From Candidatus Nanopelagicales bacterium (GTDB taxonomy: Bacteria; Actinomycetota; Actinomycetes; S36-B12), in assembly GCA_030827125.1 (NCBI GenBank), contig JAURFD010000001.1:19258-83257 (forward strand): 64,000 nt of DNA. The letters run 5' to 3'. The notes beneath the pieces are model-generated. The model saw nothing but the letters and a program-made list of their open reading frames with translations. It was not told where the DNA came from and made no database searches. This document shows positions 59,241 through 64,000 of the stretch, one piece after another. Both the position numbers and the translations under genes were made by a program. How positions within the stretch are numbered: the stretch's first letter is position 1; every line of letters starts with the position of its first letter.

Positions 59241-60231
59241 CCGGGTCGTCGTCACCGGGGGAGCCGGCGTCGTGGGGGGAGCCGCCGCGCGTGCCCTCGC
59301 GGCGAGCGGTTTTGACGTGGTCAGTGTGCAGCGGGGACCCATCAGTGACGAGATGCGCACGCTCGGGATCCAGGAGTATCGCGCTGACATCACAGGCGGC
59401 GCCGCTGGACTGGTGGACGCTCTGCGCGGAGCGAGCGCCGTCGTGCACGCAGCCGCGCGCGTGGACATCATCGGTCCCTGGGAAGAGTTCGAACGCATCA
59501 ACGTTCACGGCACGGCCGCGGTTGTCGAGGCGGCGCAAATCGCTGGAATTGAGCGCCTTGTCATGGTGTCGTCACCGTCCGTTGCGCACGCGGGCCGGTC
59601 CCTGGTCGGGGCACCCGCCGGAACTGCTGACCCGGACGCCGCACGCGGCAACTACGCCCGAAGCAAGGCCATGGCCGAGTTGGTGGCCCTCGAGGCGGAC
59701 TCCGGTGATCTGGCAGTGATCGTGCTGCGGCCCCATCTCGTCTGGGGGCCGGGTGACCGACAGCTGACGGAGCGCATCGTCGAGCGCGCCCGCGCGGGGC
59801 GCCTGGTCACGATCGGCTCTGGTGCGGCTCTCATCGATACGACCTACATCGACAACGCGGGTGACGCCATCGTCGCGGCCGTTCGCCGCGCGCAACTTCC
59901 GCAGGTGCGGGGTCGGTCGTTCGTCGTCTCCAACGGCGAACCCAGAACTGTCGTCGAGATGCTCACGCGGATCGCGTGGGCCGGTGGCGCGGATGGCCCC
60001 GCGCGGTCCATCCCCTTCCCGGTGGCCAAGGCGGGCGGGCGCGTGGTGGAGCAGTGGTGGGAGCGGACAGGGCGGGCCGGCGAGCCTCCGGTGACGTCGT
60101 TCCTCGCCGAGCAGCTCGCCACCGCGCACTGGTTCGACCAGCGTGAGGTCCGCACAGCCCTGCAATGGCACCCGCGGGTGTCGATCGAGGAGGGCTTCGG
60201 GCGCCTGGCGGCGCATCTCGGCGGTCGGTAG
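59233..60231 (+). CDS. oleD: OleD, 2-alkyl-3-oxoalkanoate reductase (extended SDR)
   Basis: TGGAGVVG, SSPSV, YARSK, RPHLVWGPGD. Confidence 0.83.
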   Translation: MTDRVVVTGGAGVVGGAAARALAASGFDVVSVQRGPISDEMRTLGIQEYRADITGGAAGLVDALRGASAVVHAAARVDIIGPWEEFERINVHGTAAVVEAAQIAGIERLVMVSSPSVAHAGRSLVGAPAGTADPDAARGNYARSKAMAELVALEADSGDLAVIVLRPHLVWGPGDRQLTERIVERARAGRLVTIGSGAALIDTTYIDNAGDAIVAAVRRAQLPQVRGRSFVVSNGEPRTVVEMLTRIAWAGGADGPARSIPFPVAKAGGRVVEQWWERTGRAGEPPVTSFLAEQLATAHWFDQREVRTALQWHPRVSIEEGFGRLAAHLGGR

Positions 60232-60328
60232 CCCGCGACGACCCATCGCGCCAGGAGCGAAATCTTCCGGATGCCCAACCGCCGTTCGGCGTGGCACCAC
60301 GATCTCGAGGCACATATGCAGTAGACAA

Positions 60329-60365
60329 GGAAAAGGCCCCTCGAAGTATGAGTTCGAGGGGCCTT
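60329..60365 (-). terminator. Strong intrinsic terminator, U-tract on the minus strand
   Basis: 13-bp perfect stem AAGGCCCCTCGAA/TTCGAGGGGCCTT followed by TTCC on the minus strand. Confidence 0.8.
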
Positions 60366-60606
60366 GCCCTTGGATCGGCGCGTTCTGCGGCTCTCCTTGC
60401 GGAGGAACGCCGGCGTGCCTGCCTGCGCCCGTCGCACCCGTTGCCGGGGCGCCGCCGCGATGGCCCGAAAGCCATCCGCCTGCCTATCCGCGTCGAGCCT
60501 CAAGGTCCGGGTCACGGCACATGCCCCGGACGGTTGCCCGTGACCAGGTTTGCACCCGGTCACCTCTTCGGCTTCCCGCACCTTCCGGTTGCCCGGTCGG
60601 TGGGAT
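60329..60606 (-). ncRNA. Candidate structured non-coding RNA (~280 nt), family unassigned
   Basis: Five GCAA-loop hairpins and one UUCG hairpin on the minus strand, upstream promoter-like sequence, downstream terminator, no credible CDS. Confidence 0.65.
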
Positions 60607-60608
60607 AG

Positions 60609-60660
60609 TTCTACTCCCGACAGCAAGCACCGACAAGGGGTTTTCTCCAATTTTTTGAAC
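60609..60660 (-). promoter_or_regulatory. Putative sigma-A promoter with A-rich upstream tract for the candidate ncRNA
   Basis: Minus strand: AAAAAATTGGAGAAAACCCC-TTGTCG-N17-TAGAAC(T); the -10 is imperfect. Confidence 0.5.
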
Positions 60661-60738
60661 AACTTTGGCCACCTTCGTCACACCGATTTCACTGTGTCCC
60701 AGCAGCCGCGTGGGTTGCGCGAATCTGGGGGGAGCGCG

Positions 60739-61674
60739 ATGCCGGAAGAGCCGACGTACCCTGACGTCATGGGTTCGGTCGGCTCCATCATTTTCCTGCA
60801 CGGAGTGGGGGGCGTGCGCGCCGATTGGGCTCGGCCGCTGGCCGATGTCGAGGCCGGTGTGGCTCTCACCGCGCCGACATACGCCGACCTTCTGAGGCCC
60901 GATGCCCTCGTCCGGCATCGCCGCCCCCGGTGGAGTGCTCCGGTGCACCGTGACCTGGCTGATGCGCCAGGTCAGGCCGACCCACCGGATGACCGCGACG
61001 TCGCGCGGTTGACCTATCTCGAGCGGCAGCGCCTGCTGGCCGAGCACGTGCGCGCGAGCGGAGACGCCCTGCCGGAGGGGATGTCGTGGCCCTCGGGGCT
61101 CCCGCGTCCCGGCGATCTCTCGGCGCGCCTGCCCCTGGCGCGCATCGTGCGCAGCTCCCTGTTTGGCTTAGACCAGGTAGGCCGCTACCTCGACGACGAC
61201 GAACGCCGCGATGCCGTGGCGCATCGGGTGTTGCCATCGGTCCTCATCGCCCCCGCGCCGCGGGTGATCATCGCGCACTCGTTGGGCTCGATCGTGGCCC
61301 TCGACCTGCTCGCCGACCCGCGAGTCGAAGTCGATCTGCTCATCACCGTCGGCAGCCCCCTCGGTCATGAGGCGGTCCATGGTGATCTCGCCGTCGCCGA
61401 CACCTTCCCCTACGACCGCGTGGGGGGTTGGCTCAATGTCGTCCACCTCCTCGATCCCGTCCCACTCGGTCGAGGGCTTCATCCGAGATTCCCCGCGGCG
61501 CACGACGCCTTCGTGCCCATGGTCGGCGGCGAGACATCGGCGGCGGAGACTCTCCCCAAACTCGTGAGCACCGCCGGACGTGCGCTCACCGCCCACCTCG
61601 ATTCGACGTACCTCGCGACCGGTACCGTCCGAAGTGCTATCGCCCACGTCTGGCAGTCGGGAGTCACAGCATGA
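60739..61674 (+). CDS. Alpha/beta-hydrolase-fold protein
   Basis: IFLHGVG, AHSLGS nucleophile elbow, ITVGSPL, LDPV, late His. Confidence 0.72.
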   Translation: MPEEPTYPDVMGSVGSIIFLHGVGGVRADWARPLADVEAGVALTAPTYADLLRPDALVRHRRPRWSAPVHRDLADAPGQADPPDDRDVARLTYLERQRLLAEHVRASGDALPEGMSWPSGLPRPGDLSARLPLARIVRSSLFGLDQVGRYLDDDERRDAVAHRVLPSVLIAPAPRVIIAHSLGSIVALDLLADPRVEVDLLITVGSPLGHEAVHGDLAVADTFPYDRVGGWLNVVHLLDPVPLGRGLHPRFPAAHDAFVPMVGGETSAAETLPKLVSTAGRALTAHLDSTYLATGTVRSAIAHVWQSGVTA

Positions 61675-62768
61675 GTGAGACGTCGTCGAGCATTCCCCCG
61701 CGCGACTACGCCGATCCGCCTCGTGTGCCCACTTCTCCCTCATCGGCGGAGCGCGAGTACCTCGGTCGTCTCCGTCGCAAAGAGGTGGGTTTCGCCGAAG
61801 CACTCGCATCGGTGACGCCTGATCGTGGCGGCGAGACCGACTCGCCGGGACCGACGGGTATCGACGTCTGGCTGGTCGGCGAAGCGGGGGTGGCCTCCCT
61901 CATGCCGGTGGACGGGAGCGGGGAGTCGTCCATTCTCGACTTCACCAACGTCGATGATGCGCTGCCTGGTCCGTGGGAGTTGGACGTCGTGGCCCTCGCT
62001 AGGCACGTCGCGAAGAATGACGGAGGTCGTGTCGTGCCGGACATGGCCGAGGGATACCGCCGTGCCGTGACGTCGCTGGCGCACGCACCCCTGCATGCGC
62101 GCACCGAACGAGCGGTCGCACTCGCGACGCGCTCGACACGCGATTCGTTGGGCGCGAGTGCGGAGGCCGCGCTGGAGCGGTTGGTGAAGTCGGGTGATGA
62201 ACCGCTGCTGCGCCGTGATCGGGTGGCGAAGCGGTGGGATGCCCCCGTCGTGGATGCCGAGGGTGTCGAACGCGAGCTCGCGCACTATCGCGAGACGGTG
62301 GCGGAGCCCGTAGCCGCATTGATCTCGCACTACTCCGTGGCCGACGCGGTGAGCCACGAGTCGGGTCGATTGCTCGTGCTCCTCGCGCGACAGGCCGATG
62401 ACGTCATCCTTCTTGAGGCCATACCCGCGGGACCCACGCCGTTGGAAGAGTCCGTTGGCGCCTGGCGGCACGGTTCGGACCTCCAGCGGGTGCTGCTTGT
62501 GCGCGAGTCATTGCCGCTAGTGCCGCCGGAAATGCTCGGGTGGACGACGAGCCCGGAGGGCAACGTGGCCCGGGCATGGGCGCGTGCTCGCGCATTGCCG
62601 AAGGGTGCCAAGGTCGATCTCGGCGGCCGTCGACGTCGTGCCCGCGCGTACGGAACTGTGCTCGGACTGCTGCACGCGCGGTCCGGTGATGCGGCCATGT
62701 TGGCCGGCTACTTGGGATTGACGCCGAAGTTCGGTGCCGCGCTGGCCGCCGCGGTCAAGCGCTCCTAG
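61671..62768 (+). CDS. Divergent DUF2252-like protein
   Basis: DDALPGPWELDV and LHARSGDAAMLAGYLG resemble DUF2252; ATGA overlap with the upstream gene. Confidence 0.62.
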   Translation: MSETSSSIPPRDYADPPRVPTSPSSAEREYLGRLRRKEVGFAEALASVTPDRGGETDSPGPTGIDVWLVGEAGVASLMPVDGSGESSILDFTNVDDALPGPWELDVVALARHVAKNDGGRVVPDMAEGYRRAVTSLAHAPLHARTERAVALATRSTRDSLGASAEAALERLVKSGDEPLLRRDRVAKRWDAPVVDAEGVERELAHYRETVAEPVAALISHYSVADAVSHESGRLLVLLARQADDVILLEAIPAGPTPLEESVGAWRHGSDLQRVLLVRESLPLVPPEMLGWTTSPEGNVARAWARARALPKGAKVDLGGRRRRARAYGTVLGLLHARSGDAAMLAGYLGLTPKFGAALAAAVKRS

Positions 62769-62806
62769 GTCGGACCTGCCCTGCTGGGGTCACTGCCGCC
62801 CGACAC

Positions 62807-63718
62807 TTATTGCCGGCCGACGACGAAGGCGTCCATGCCCCACGCCATGGTCAGGTGGGCGACGACGCCAGCAGCGATCGATCGCAGGCGGAGAGCGACG
62901 TAGCCGAGGATCAGTCCGCCGATGAGACTGGACGCGCATTCGGGCATCGGCTTGCCGAGGTGCAGCAGGCAATAGCCAAAGGCCATCACCGGTACGGCGT
63001 GCACGCCCAGGATGGGCAGACCCGCGAATACGAGGAATCCCCGGAAGAAGAACTCAAGGGCGACGAAGGTCGCACCATAGGCCACCTCGAACACGAGCAG
63101 TTTGACAAGGGCGTTGTCGCCACCGGATTCGTAGTCGTAGAACGGATACGTGCGCAGGAATCGCTCGTCCGACGAGACGAGCCAGACGAGGACCACGATG
63201 GCCGGCGCGAGGAGCGCAATGAACGCCGCTTCGGAGCGGATGAAGCCGAGGGACAGACCGTAGGACCGGATCGCTTGACCGGTGAATAGCGCGTAGGCGA
63301 CCGGGACGGCGATGTAGATCGTGAGGGTGACGGCGGCCCACCAGAGGGAATGTGCGAAGGACGGGTCGGCCGCACTGTCGAAGAGGCGCAGTTGACTGAG
63401 GTGAAGCAGAAGCGCGGGCGTCGCCCACAGCGCTACGAGGAAGCCGATCGCCGAACGAGACAGGGCACCCCTCCGCCAGGCGATGATCACGCCCGCGAGC
63501 GCCGGAAGGGCGAAGATTGCAAGCCCCACCGCGAGGTTGCCGCGCCGCCACTGTTCAATCGGCCAGACCTCGTAGGCGATCCACACCACGGTGAGGGAGG
63601 CCACCGCGAGCGCCAGCATGACGAGGGCCGCGCGCGGACCATAGGTACGTCGTACAAATTCGCCGATGAGGAGAATCGCCACGACCGCGATGGCCATGAC
63701 CTCCCAGGCGGCGAGCAC
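62807..63718 (-). CDS. CPBP (Abi/CAAX) family intramembrane protease
   Basis: EFFFRGFL, LLHLGKP, AH; many TM segments; TAGCAT-6nt-GTG start. Confidence 0.82.
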   Translation of the reverse strand: MLAAWEVMAIAVVAILLIGEFVRRTYGPRAALVMLALAVASLTVVWIAYEVWPIEQWRRGNLAVGLAIFALPALAGVIIAWRRGALSRSAIGFLVALWATPALLLHLSQLRLFDSAADPSFAHSLWWAAVTLTIYIAVPVAYALFTGQAIRSYGLSLGFIRSEAAFIALLAPAIVVLVWLVSSDERFLRTYPFYDYESGGDNALVKLLVFEVAYGATFVALEFFFRGFLVFAGLPILGVHAVPVMAFGYCLLHLGKPMPECASSLIGGLILGYVALRLRSIAAGVVAHLTMAWGMDAFVVGRQ

Positions 63719-63781
63719 CTCGCGATGCTACTCGGGTGACGGCGAGCACCCGGCGCGCTCGCGGAAGTCGCGCACCGTTGA

Positions 63782-64000
63782 TTATCCGTGCAGCGCTCGA
63801 CGCAAAGCGGCAATCCGTGTCTCGATGATCCGTCCGCTCAACTCCGCATTGGGGGCGAAAACCTCGGAAGCGTGAAAGGCGCCGGGATACACATGGAACT
63901 CGATGGGGACACCGGCCTGGGCGAGTCGGCCGACGAACGCAATGTCCTCGTCGCGGAAGGCGTCGAGCGTGCCAACGTCGATGAAGGTCGGCGGCAATCC
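63782..64000 (-). CDS. Alpha/beta hydrolase (esterase/lipase), C-terminal part; truncated by window edge
   Basis: LPPTFIDVGTLDAFRDE, YPGAFHA. Confidence 0.8.
   Translation of the reverse strand, partial: GLPPTFIDVGTLDAFRDEDIAFVGRLAQAGVPIEFHVYPGAFHASEVFAPNAELSGRIIETRIAALRRALHG

Noticed and set aside
60329-60606. Identification as OLE RNA, tmRNA, RNase P RNA, SRP RNA or a tRNA cluster
   Set aside because: Size or hallmark sequences do not fit; OLE RNA is unrelated to ole genes despite the name
59844-60662. Track ORFs crossing the oleD-hydrolase gap on both strands
   Set aside because: Arg/Pro-rich low-information translations that overlap oleD or run through a terminator; the region is better explained as structured RNA
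62807-63718. CPBP/Abi protein as an abortive-infection or protein-sorting system
   Set aside because: The family name alone is not evidence; no cognate substrates or defence context in the window
1-64000. CRISPR arrays, IS elements, integrases, prophage genes, rRNA and tRNA
   Set aside because: No regularly spaced repeats or recognisable mobile-element or stable-RNA sequences found by eye

Overview
High-GC actinobacterial chromosomal segment (phylum inferred from gene content). It is mostly housekeeping and metabolic genes, with no prophage, transposase, CRISPR array, rRNA or tRNA recognised. In order: sigH/sigR-rshA-bL37-biotin carrier locus, M23 peptidase, ilvG-like TPP enzyme, pdtaS-whiB1-DAG kinase block, a GMC oxidoreductase pair, Ni-SOD (sodN/sodX), malic enzyme, kgd, a molybdenum-cofactor plus CO-dehydrogenase-type accessory cluster (coxG-xdhC-coxD-coxE, moaB/D/A/E, xdhC, mocA) with no catalytic subunits, sbcCD, a nucleoside-salvage block with a eukaryote-like uridine phosphorylase, a sucrose phosphorylase/GH1/ABC/GH13 sugar locus with LacI-type boxes, and an oleA-oleBC-oleD olefin operon. 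The strongest unexplained signal is a ~280-nt minus-strand intergenic element at 60329-60606. It has its own promoter-like sequence, five GCAA-capped hairpins, one UUCG hairpin and a strong intrinsic terminator, so it is a candidate unannotated structured ncRNA. Other notable items are two small ORFs missing from the ORF track, a two-isoform sigH architecture, many leaderless promoters and a family of REP-like palindromes. All product calls rest on motif recognition by eye; no database searches were run.
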